From Eledone cirrhosa (lineage: Eukaryota): DNA of 64,000 nucleotides. The stretch spans positions 13,268,001-13,332,000 of the forward strand of contig OZ024755.1 in NCBI GenBank assembly GCA_964016885.1, in the 5' to 3' direction. The notes under the pieces were generated by a model. It was not told where the DNA came from. It did not search any database and was given only the letters and a program-made list of their open reading frames with translations. Numbering within the stretch: position 1 is the first letter of the stretch; every line of letters begins with the position of its first letter. Positions 13,298 through 64,000 of the stretch are shown piece after piece. The translations under genes were made by a program, and so were the position numbers.

Positions 13298-15610
13298 ATG
13301 CACAGACTCTTCTACACACACACAACATTTAGGAAAACGGAAACAAAATACACAAAAAAAACACATTTTATTTCTATCGTAATCAAGTGCGCTAAACCTA
13401 TATTGTTTACATTCTGTGTTTTTCTACGGATGGGTAGAAATAACAAAATTGCCATGGTGATATCCATCGATGAAATTTGCGACAAAACTGGTGGATGTCC
13501 AAAAATAGAACATTGCCCGGAAGATCACACCTGCCATATCTGTACGGAACCCGAAAACTCGTTCCGTAATCGTTGGGTCGAATGTGGAACCTGTCGCATC
13601 TCTGTCTGCCTTCAATGCGCCACAGGCTTCCGGAAGATCCCAGGCCAAAATAAGAAACATCACATTGCTACGATGGATAGACTCTGGGAGATGGTCCAGC
13701 TAACAAACTGGTCCTTTCAGTGCCTGGACTGTATGCCTGCTTCTCCCATTGCTGCGGAACAACAACAAAGACCGAAGATCGTGTCTTCTACCATTGTTCC
13801 TGAACAACAACAACAAAAACCGAGGATCGTGTCTTCCTCTACCATTGTCGCTGAACAACAGCAAAAACCAACGACCGTAGCTTCTGCTACTACCCCCGTT
13901 GAAGGACTTCATCAACAACAGCAACCCATGTCTTCCTCACCCGTTACTTTTCAACAACAACAACCGACGACTGTGTCTTCTACCATGCCTGTTGAAGGAG
14001 AAGAACAACAACAAAAACCGACCGTCAATACGGAGTTTGAGGAAATACGGCAAATGATTTCCGCTTTAAGTCAAGAAATAGCGGAAATAAAATCAAGCGT
14101 TCGTGTAGAACCCCACAATGAGGGATCTTACCGGAGTGCCTTGTTAAAAAATCTCCGCGTACCTCATGTTGAACCTAGATGCATTGAGAATGCCACTGAA
14201 TCTGCAAACCACGAAGTGATTGCCATTGGTGTGCCGGAAGACATAGTTGATCTTCAGGCATTTGCTGCCAGTTCATCCAAAGACCTGGGCTGTGCTCCCG
14301 CAAAGGGTGCTCTACGCCTTGGCCGACCAGGCCCGAAACCCAGGTTAATTAGACTGTCGTTTTCAAACTCGGCTGAGGCACGTTCATACCTTGTAGCCTC
14401 TGATAAAGCTAGGCGTGAAAGTCGGATTGCTTTCCGAACACGTCCTGGTCTTCCACCTGATGTCCACCCAAAGTTGCGTGCTGCAGCTTCCCTAAACCGT
14501 AGCTCGGCAGAACATGAAAGCTTCAGCCTACGAGATGATGGGCAGATATGGAAGTTTGTTAAGGCTGGCGAATCATGGAAAAGAGACACCAGCTGGTCTG
14601 AAAACAGTGTACCCACAACAACTGACAATAAAGAAACTGAAAAAACTCTGGGAAACTAAATCAGAACAACCTGCCATCCCCTGCACATAATCATAGACTG
14701 GAATCAAAGTACAAACTGTTGTCCTTGAATGCACGTAGTCTATGCAATAAGATTCATCTTTTTGACTCCTACGTCAAAAGTATCAACCCGGACTTCATTA
14801 CAGTCACGGAAACTTGGGAACATCCCTTACTCTGTGATGGGGTTTTCAGCATGACTGGCTACAACCTGTTTCGTAAAGACCGTATTAATCGTCGTGGTGG
14901 TGGTGTAATGGTCTACGTTCGGTCAAATCTGTCGGCAATTCGTTGTGCTGATTTGAACCAATCACAGCAGGAATTTTTTTTCTGCGATATACGTATGACC
15001 ATGTCAACACTGCTACTTGGAGTCGTTTACCGTCCCCCAAATTACCATCAGGACACTCAACTTTGTGATATCCTCAGAGCTGCTGCCAGGAAGACAGCCA
15101 CTTATGTTTTCATTGCAGGTGACTTCAATCACCCTGAGATTGACTGGGAGACCTTTCGTTGGCCGCCAAGTGCAAATGACTTCCTTGAGCTGGTGCTGGA
15201 CTCGAATTGGTCCCAGGTGGTCATCTCCCCAACGAGAGGTGACAACACTTTGGACCTACTCTTCACCACTACTCCTGAAACGGTCATTAGTGTTACTGCT
15301 GAGGAACCTTTAGGTGACTCTGATCATGCTATGATCATTGCCAATCTATCCCTCATGGGCAGTAACAAGAACCACAACCATCTCCAAACTGCTCACTTTG
15401 ACTGGAATAAAGCAAACTGGAACTGTTACTGCACCGAGTTGCAACGGCCAAACTGGCTTGAGTTCTATGACTCTGGAGATGTCAACACTGTACTCCAGAA
15501 CATCCTAAGCTCAATATGGACAGCATGTGCAGCATCGGTGCCACGTAAGCGGAAAAAACATCCCAAAAGCGCAATTTGGGAGACTGCAACAGTCCGTCTT
15601 GCCAGAAAAG
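13298..15610 (+). mobile_element. CR1/L2-clade LINE, 5'-intact and 3'-truncated
   Basis: ORF1 plus ORF2-EN, markedly higher GC than flanks. The 5' boundary is uncertain and may extend to ~12800. Confidence 0.85.
13430..14659 (+). CDS. Non-LTR retrotransposon (CR1/L2-like) ORF1 protein
   Basis: Open 409 codons from Met at 13430 (frame open from 13298). PHD-like Cys pattern (CHIC..WVECGTC..CLQC..WSFQCLDC), Q-rich repeats, coiled coil (FEEIRQMISALSQEIAEIK), SYRSAL motif, RRM-like VIAIGVPE..RLGRPGPKPRLIRLSF. Confidence 0.8.
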   Translation: MGRNNKIAMVISIDEICDKTGGCPKIEHCPEDHTCHICTEPENSFRNRWVECGTCRISVCLQCATGFRKIPGQNKKHHIATMDRLWEMVQLTNWSFQCLDCMPASPIAAEQQQRPKIVSSTIVPEQQQQKPRIVSSSTIVAEQQQKPTTVASATTPVEGLHQQQQPMSSSPVTFQQQQPTTVSSTMPVEGEEQQQKPTVNTEFEEIRQMISALSQEIAEIKSSVRVEPHNEGSYRSALLKNLRVPHVEPRCIENATESANHEVIAIGVPEDIVDLQAFAASSSKDLGCAPAKGALRLGRPGPKPRLIRLSFSNSAEARSYLVASDKARRESRIAFRTRPGLPPDVHPKLRAAASLNRSSAEHESFSLRDDGQIWKFVKAGESWKRDTSWSENSVPTTTDNKETEKTLGN

Positions 15611-15666
15611 AATCACCAGCTGGAAATGAACTACACATCTGTTGTATGCCAGTTGACTCTGCTTGA
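14641..15666 (+). CDS. LINE ORF2: APE/EEP endonuclease plus linker, truncated before the reverse transcriptase
   Basis: Motifs SLNARSL.NK, VTETW, RRGGGV, VYRPP, AGDFN, PTRGDNTLDL, LGDSDH, FDWNKANW. Frame open from 14641. LINE-like sequence is lost after ~15610. Confidence 0.9.
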   Translation, partial: KNSGKLNQNNLPSPAHNHRLESKYKLLSLNARSLCNKIHLFDSYVKSINPDFITVTETWEHPLLCDGVFSMTGYNLFRKDRINRRGGGVMVYVRSNLSAIRCADLNQSQQEFFFCDIRMTMSTLLLGVVYRPPNYHQDTQLCDILRAAARKTATYVFIAGDFNHPEIDWETFRWPPSANDFLELVLDSNWSQVVISPTRGDNTLDLLFTTTPETVISVTAEEPLGDSDHAMIIANLSLMGSNKNHNHLQTAHFDWNKANWNCYCTELQRPNWLEFYDSGDVNTVLQNILSSIWTACAASVPRKRKKHPKSAIWETATVRLARKESPAGNELHICCMPVDSA

Positions 15667-16085
15667 ACATTACACCAAAGCACCTCTAGCTACTCCTTCC
15701 TATCATTTTAGAAACTTTAACTGCTCAAGCTAGAAATATTAACATTGATTTGTTTACGAAACATTGGTGAACAGCCACCACAATGCAGATGAGTCTTGAG
15801 AACAATTGAGTAAGTTAGGGGAAGTACTCCTGGAAAAGGAAAAAAGTAGATACGACTGATTGTGGGAATCATAACTGTTGTATGCTGGAATATAGCAGAT
15901 ACAAGGGTCAATTCCCATAGACTATTCTGTCCAATTTTTTTCTATCTCAAATATATATTTCAAGTATTTTGTAGTTAAAATTATGCTTTGTGGTAGTTTT
16001 GCATAAACTAAAACATATTTTGGAATATAACTCTTACCACACACTTTGTAGATGTTCTCATAAATATAATTATTTTATATTATAG

Positions 16086-17423
16086 TAGGTAGGTGTACAG
16101 GTACAACGTGGATTGGTGTGGTAGAGAAAATGATATATGAACATGATGATGCAAAAAAGCTTTCCATTGAACTAGGAATTTCAGAAACTGATAAGGCCTA
16201 TGACAACATCTTTAACAGACTGAATAATTGGAGAAACAAGTCTGGAAATGTAGAAGAAGATCTCTTTGAAGCTTTGGAAAAAGCTGGTTTACAATATATT
16301 TGTTACAAGGTAAGAAATGATTGTTTCTACTTTTGGCACAAGGCCAGCAATTATCCCAGTGCATTACTGGTACTTTATTTTATCGACCCCGTAAGGATGA
16401 AAGGCAAAGTTAACCTCGGCATGATTTGAACTCAGATCATAAAGACCTGTAACTACATGCTGCAAAGCATGGCGTCCGATCCTCTAACGATACTGCCAAT
16501 CCACCAGTTTTTATATCTGCAGTGTCTATTAGCATGGATTGAATTAAACATTTTAGGACAGAATTCTTGGGGCAAATACTCTCCCTGATTCCAAACTTCA
16601 TGTTATTTTATTTAAGGGTGCATGGCCTCATGGTTAAGATCTTAGAGTAATGATCATAAAGTTGAGGGTTCGATTCTACATGGAAATAGATGTATGTATG
16701 CACAAACTCAGAAACAAACACACATATTAATAACATTATTTAACCCTTACAAAGAAAACCTTGTTTCTCTTCTTCACAGAAGTTGTCACAAGATGAATTT
16801 TTGTAGAATAGTGAAGATTTTGTATTGTATATTTTTTACCTTAGTTTGTCTATACCACCTGGTAACTTTCTTCTTCACTCACATTCCTGAGAAGGTCAGG
16901 AGGGAAAGAGTCCTCAAACACTCCTTTCAGCAGATCCTGTCATATATATATATATTTTCTCCTATATATATATATTTTTTTCTCCTACATATACTCCAAT
17001 ATGTCAATCCAAATATAAGCTGACCCTCCTATTTTGTCAGAGAAATGAGCAAAAATTCAAATCCTGTCTATAAGCCGAGGCAGTTAATCTATACATTATG
17101 CTTAGATGGTGAATATAAGCTGACCCCTCCTCCCATTTTACCACTGATTTTCACATATTCCTCAACTTATATTGAAGTATATATGGTAATTTCAATTTTT
17201 AGTTGATCATAAACACAATAGTATTTTCTTAATTTATTTCTAACCAGTTCATGTACTAATAAAAAGTAAACACCATTTTTCTTTTTCTCTTCTTAAATAG
17301 TTGAAGAGTGAAAATACTTCAAAAGTATGCAAATGCCGGTTTTGCAATGTAGAAAGAGAACCAAATTCGATGAGTATAAGAGACTACTACAAACAACTAT
17401 CGTACTCACCACCATCTCTTTAA
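16086..17423 (+). CDS. Death-domain-like protein, 2 exons (16086-16309, 17301-17423); 5' exon uncertain
   Basis: ...DAKKLSIELGISET..IFNRLNNWRNKSG..EDLFEALEKAGL matches the death-fold pattern (LA..LG / L..W / L..AL...G). The strong phase-0 donor AAG|gtaaga joins a strong acceptor at 17300, giving LKSENTSKVCKCRFC...PPSL*. AATAAA at 17493. Confidence 0.55.
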
Positions 17424-19239
17424 GGCAGCATTGAAGCTCCAGCATCGTTATTGGCCCCACCATAAACAGGTGGATACCAGTATCTAATCAATAATAAACA
17501 AGGGTATTTTCTTAATTTCTATTTAACGAGGTCATGTATTTAAAAAGAAATTATTTTTCTTTCTTTTTTCGAAAATAGTTGGAGAAAAAGACTTAAAGGC
17601 AATGGCATTCTCTATGCAAGTGCTTGTTTTACAATAGGTTGACAACAATTATCTCTACGTATGTACCTCAGTCATGTCTAAGTATGGAATGAAAGGACTG
17701 TTTCTATCACAAACTCCTACAGACAATCTCAGTTACAGATGTCATACCTCATCATCCTAGCTGGTGATTTCAATGGATATGTTGGGCAGCCCCAGGCTTA
17801 TAGCTTGAGAAATGAAGAGGGAATAATGCTCCTAGAATTTTGTGATGCAAATGAACTATTTGCAACACTAACTTCAGAAAACCAGCAAATTATCTGATTA
17901 CCTATTAATGAATTGAAAAAGTACTTTTTTTAAAACAATTTATTGTTATTAGCTTTACAGTATTTAAATTCATTATTACATGTTATGGTCTGAGTTCAAA
18001 TCCCGCCGAGGTTAACTTTGCCTTTCATCCTTACGTGGTCGATAAAATAAAGTACCAGTAATACACTGGGATAATTGCTGGCCTTGTGTCAATAGTAGAA
18101 ATAATTATTACATGTTATATATACCTTTATATATATCACTCGTATGGAAACCTGCAGTATCAACGTAACATATATGGGCTGACTGGTACGTACTGTGTTA
18201 GATGATTAACTTACAAACAAATCAACTTATGAATGGCCTCTTGGAACATTCGTAAGTTGGAGACTTACTGTAAATGTATGTGTATGCACACACACAATAA
18301 TAAAGAAGCACATATATGGTTTCTTTGTTAGAGATTGCTGCCAAATTTCTCTCAAATTAAAATTTCTATCTTTAAAAAGCTTTGGATAATTTGCTTCTAG
18401 TTAGAAGAGATTGTCGGAAATAAAATTGGGATGGTCACAGCAGGAATGACTTTGATCAACACACACACAGTAATGGCTGATTTAATACATGTTTTTTCTA
18501 CCCTTTTTCTTTTCATTTATCTTCTCTTTCTAACTCTATCTTCTGATGAAGGACTAGTGTCCAAAACGTTATGATTCTTTTCCTACTATTTCAAGCATTA
18601 AAATAATATATTTCTTCAATGCACTGTGTAATTTGCTTATTTTTGTTTACCTTTTACATTTGACAGAGTAATAAGTCAAATGTGAGGAGGGAGTATGTGA
18701 ACTGCAATATCTTGGGGAGTGGGGCACTGTGATATTAGCAGTAACAAGGGCATTATGATTAGTGTGTGGAGATTTTAGAGGAGGTGCTATAGTGATGTGA
18801 GAATAGCTACTAAGGAGTGAAGCATGTATAGTGATGGAAATAGTTACTAAGGAGTGATAGTGGAGGGGATGGGGAAAGAGATAAGTAAGGTCACATTTAT
18901 ATTTGATGCGTCTCCAATACAGCATGTCACCAATTCTTGTGGCCCTTTGTCTTTTCTCTAGTGAAGTCCAGCTTCTTAAGGTTAGTTTTCACTTCCTCAT
19001 CCTAGGCCGGTCTCTTTCATGAGTTACATTACTCGATATTTACTATTGTATTTTCATGATAAACACTTTATTTCACATAATATTGAATCTACGAGATTTT
19101 GATTTTATTTATTTTGAGAACAATACCTTAATATAAGTATGAGCAGCCAGTTTGAACAGAAAGAGGTGAAAGAATTCTAGCTGGATATGGCCTGTTTAAA
19201 TGACAGTCATTTTCCATATGCATCACATTTCCATACCAA

Positions 19240-19650
19240 CATAGTCTTCTCCCTTGCACACTATCCAATTCCTCTTATGTCAAGTTTTTTTCTCAGTTTG
19301 CTTATGTTATGTTATTCAGGCATACTAACATTACATATCCATCAGCATGCTTGTTTCATTTCTTTCTAGCCTTAAAGTCTTCTGCAGTCAAGGCCCATAT
19401 CTCATTGCCATGAAGCATTACAGTTTATATGCAGGCATCATACAGTTTCCACTTCCTTCTGAGAGAGAAACCTTTTGTCAATTAATTCCATAAACTTATA
19501 GCCTGTTCTGATCCTAGCTATCACACTTTCAGAGCATCTTCCTTAACTGATGATTTTGTCCCCAGGTAACAAAAGCTGTTGACAACTTCTAAGGAGCCTC
19601 TCAGGCAACTGAAAGAATCTACTTCATATGTATTCTTAGTGCTTATCTTT
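19240..19650 (-). mobile_element. Degenerate RTE-type LINE 3' fragment
   Basis: Similar to the 60345-60985 copy (LYDAC...LHG.E.W region). Other copies at ~29630-29940 (+), 40060-40420 (-) and 55200-55380 (+). Confidence 0.6.
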
Positions 19651-20559
19651 CCTGAAGGTGCATGGTTTAGTGGTTACAGCATTGGGTTTGCAAATGAGAG
19701 GTTGTGAGTTTGATTCTCAGACCGGATGATGTTCTGTGTCCTTGAGCAAGACACTTTATTTCACGTTGCTCCAGTTTACTCAGCTGTAAAAATGAGTTGC
19801 GACGTCACTGGTGCCAAGCTGTATCAGTCATTGCCTTGGAGAGGGGGAGCTGGTATGCATGGGCGACTGCTGGTCTTCCACAAACAACCTTGCCCAGACT
19901 TATATCTCAGAGGGAAATTTTCTAGGTGCAAATCCCATGGTCATTTGTAACCGAAGGGGGTCTTAAACTTTTCCTATGCATCTGCTGCACACAAAGTCTG
20001 TCTTCTTTGTTAACCTGGTTGCAATTCTATAACATCTCTTGTGTGTCCATAGATTACACTATGTGCAACACATGGAGGAGTTTCTGCCCACCTCTTTTTG
20101 ACACATCAATCAAGACCATGTACCTGATGGAGCAGCTTCTATTTTTGGTTCCCAAATAATAGGGAAGGAGGGTTGGGGTGGAAAATCGTTTGTTTTTCCT
20201 AGGTTGTCTTCGTTGATTTTTTTAAAAAACCAGAATTAGTTGTTTAGTTTACATATTGAGACCCCCAACCCATCTTATTTATTTTATAACGTATGGGATT
20301 TCTAGCAATGTACATGTTTTGTCATTTATAATGATATTTAATGTATGAAGAAAATTAATTGTCGCAGGAATGCTATCACTTAGAAATAAAATTTCGCCGG
20401 AGATAGATTAGCAAAATTTAATAGGTGGGGGTGGATTATTCGAGACCCGAGAGTAAGTGATCTGTATATGTAAATTCCGAATGATAGAAAAAGAAATATT
20501 ACAATATGCATGGGCATTTCTTCCCCACATATTTGCAAGAAAGCAGTTTACTTAAACCA

Positions 20560-20709
20560 ATAAAATTAGTAAACAACCATAATTATTGCTAATTCAAATA
20601 TGTTCTTGGGTTGAATAAATAAACAAAACGATAAAATTAGTAAACAACCATAATTATTGCTAATTCAAATATGTTCTTGGGTTGAATAAATAAACAAAAC
20701 GATAAAATT
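20560..20709 (+). repeat. Exact 71-bp tandem duplication in the NDUFAF5 3' UTR region
   Basis: Identical units at 20560-20630 and 20631-20701. Confidence 0.9.
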
Positions 20710-20743
20710 CTCACGAATGAAGTGAATTCATTTATACTTTAAA

Positions 20744-21769
20744 TTATTTCTTATCTTTTGTTAATTGTCCGAGTTTATCTAAGTCTTTTAGTGAAACGGT
20801 AGCTGAACCTCTTTCTGCAGCTTTAGGTTGGGAAGGATCTGGTTTCCAGCCTATGAAATTGAGAATTTGAAATGTAGCAGGTATGCTATTCTCATTCCCA
20901 TACATTTCTTTATAGATAGAAGCAGCGGCTAGCATTGAATCCCGATGTAGAAAATTCTTGCGAGACCAAGCACAGTTACTTTCACCCATGCCTTGTAAAT
21001 CAAACATCAATTCGTAAAGAGACGGATAGTTAATGATGATTTCATCGAAATCTATAGTTAACAAAGAGAAACCTGCTTGAGTGAGTAAACCTCCCAATTC
21101 CCTGACATCAGTGTAGGGAGATATATGAGGAGCGAACCCACCTTCTCTCTCCGTCTCGGCCAACTGTAATGAGACACGCAGTTCATACAATGTATCGGAG
21201 CCAAATATACATCCAATAAAACAACCGTCCCTTTTCAAACATTGATTTAGCTGTCGGAAAGTTCCAGGTAGGTCATTCACCCAATGAAGAGATAAATTGC
21301 TAACACACAAGTCCAAACTATTTGCACGGAACGGTAAAAATTCTTCATCGACCACAACTTTATAAGTAGGTACTTCAGAAGACACCTCGCTTTTGCGCAA
21401 AACACCTTGTGATATATCACATTGATATAAAGTTCTCACCATATCTTTATAAATACACTTCGAGACGTGACCATAACCACAACCTAAATCAAGTGCAGTA
21501 TCGAATTTTCTCTTCACATCACAGATGCGGTCAGCTAGACGAAAACCAACAATATCTTTAACATATTCATAGTTTTCCTGCTCCGTGTTATGAGATGTCC
21601 TTTCACGCTGTAGACGTTTGGCTCGTCGATCAAAGACGTTCATGACAACTTGTTTTTCTGTTGCAAAATATCTATTGAATTTCATCATTTGAGAAAAATA
21701 TTTGACACAAAATCGCCCATGATAAAATAAACGTGTGCGATGACAACAAAATAATATCTGAGCATTCAT
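20744..21769 (-). CDS. NDUFAF5: Arginine hydroxylase NDUFAF5, mitochondrial complex I assembly factor (SAM-methyltransferase fold); single coding exon
   Basis: 341-aa ORF: basic N-terminal presequence, VFDRRAKRLQRER, ALDLGCGYG (SAM motif), VVVDEEFLPF, SLHWVNDLPG, TLYELRVSLQLAETEREGGFAPHISP, LQGMGESNC, PATFQI..IGWKPDPSQPKAAERGSATVS. Confidence 0.96.
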   Translation of the reverse strand: MNAQILFCCHRTRLFYHGRFCVKYFSQMMKFNRYFATEKQVVMNVFDRRAKRLQRERTSHNTEQENYEYVKDIVGFRLADRICDVKRKFDTALDLGCGYGHVSKCIYKDMVRTLYQCDISQGVLRKSEVSSEVPTYKVVVDEEFLPFRANSLDLCVSNLSLHWVNDLPGTFRQLNQCLKRDGCFIGCIFGSDTLYELRVSLQLAETEREGGFAPHISPYTDVRELGGLLTQAGFSLLTIDFDEIIINYPSLYELMFDLQGMGESNCAWSRKNFLHRDSMLAAASIYKEMYGNENSIPATFQILNFIGWKPDPSQPKAAERGSATVSLKDLDKLGQLTKDKK

Positions 21770-22656
21770 TATTATTTTTACTGTAAATTAAAAAAAGCTT
21801 CTTTCGAAACAATTCAAAAAGACTAAAACAATTTTTCGTAAATAAGAGAGCAAAAAAATTAATGGGAGATAACTCCGTCATGCGAAGTTTTTTTTTTCTT
21901 TTTGAGATTTTTGTGTCTTCTGCTCGCTTCAACACTTCGTCGTGAAGGCGCGGGTTTATTAGAGCAACGGTTCACAACCGGTGTACCCCTGAACCGCGAG
22001 AAACAGTGATAAATAGTATAAAAGAGATAGTTATAAATTATGGTATGTAATAATTTTTTATGTTGAAGTTCCCGAGACAAGAAAACTATTTCAAGGATTC
22101 CACGAGGGTAAAAAGGGTTGAGAAACGCTGGTTTAGGGTGTTCGACTCGCGATTCTCGGCAGTGCATTGTATCTTCAATAATGTAATTTTATTTCATATT
22201 GCTTCAGTCCACTCTGCTTTGAAAAAAAAGATGGAAACATTTAGTTATGGTGTATACCGCACACCCACAAAACAAACAAGGAAAAAAGTGAAAAGATTTT
22301 TCAAGAAAGCCGGGACCCTCACACCATTAAGACAGGTGATAGGGAGGATAAGACACTGAAATAGTCGGGCACCCTCGCGAACATAACTTAGTAATGCGAA
22401 CAACCAACGATAATAAACTTTGTTTGTCGGTGGTCCAGCTCTTCCGCGAACGTGTCAAAAGGAAAAATCTAATTTAAAATACTAATTAGATTTTTGCCAG
22501 GGGACATAATCGATACATGAAATTACATGATTATCTCCCGTAGTGCACTTGACTTAAAATATGTCGCACAACATTGAAGTACTTATATCACACTAGACTC
22601 AAAACATTTCTTTCTCGTAAAATATATACAGGCATACACATATTTTAATCATAAAA
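21770..22656. promoter_or_regulatory. Bidirectional promoter region NDUFAF5 / SNX14
   Basis: Divergent start codons with 887 bp between them; CpG-richer than background. Confidence 0.6.
21965..22130. mobile_element. hAT/Charlie-like MITE
   Basis: TIRs caacggttcacaacc / ggttgagaaacgctg; degenerate 8-bp TSD. Confidence 0.6.
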
Positions 22657-63896
<41,240 letters not shown>

Positions 63897-64000
63897 GTAT
63901 GGATACAATTTTAATTAAATAGCTTATATTTAGAAGGAATCATAAAATCCCCATTAATAGAATGTTCTTTAAACAAGTCTTACATTGAAAACTTTAACAG

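Noticed and set aside
13298-13429. N-terminal extension of ORF1 in the ORF track
   Set aside because: AT-rich, non-protein-like; Met at 13430 is the more plausible start (not proven)
14254-14628. Antisense ORFs over the LINE
   Set aside because: Expected shadows of a GC-richer coding strand; no recognisable motifs
14640-14646. Alternative slippery heptamer A AAA AAC
   Set aside because: Not in X_XXY_YYZ phase relative to ORF1 (codons GAA AAA ACT); G_GGA_AAC is in phase
15783-15815. Donor GA|gtaagt at 15810 as a coding exon for the death-domain gene
   Set aside because: Stops lie close upstream in all frames; could only be UTR

Overview
AT-rich, repeat-dense animal genomic DNA. The SINE, MITE and (TA)n landscape looks like an octopus/cephalopod genome (inference). 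All exons were traced by hand with GT-AG sites and phases checked. Contents: (1) the 5' part of a KLHL2/KLHL3 (kelch) gene on the minus strand, 7 coding exons, 4898->887, running off the left edge; (2) a GC-richer CR1/L2-type LINE with intact ORF1 (PHD, coiled coil, RRM-like) and an intact APE endonuclease but no RT, whose AUG-less ORF2 overlaps ORF1 in the -1 frame at a canonical G_GGA_AAC slippery site; (3) a small death-domain-like gene (16086-17423) that could splice in frame to the LINE endonuclease; (4) an NDUFAF5 CDS without introns (minus), head-to-head with (5) SNX14 (plus; 21 exons traced, running off the right edge). Introns hold tRNA-derived SINEs, RTE fragments, mariner/hAT/pogo MITEs, two Helitrons, Penelope-type hammerhead ribozyme motifs, long palindromes and minisatellites.
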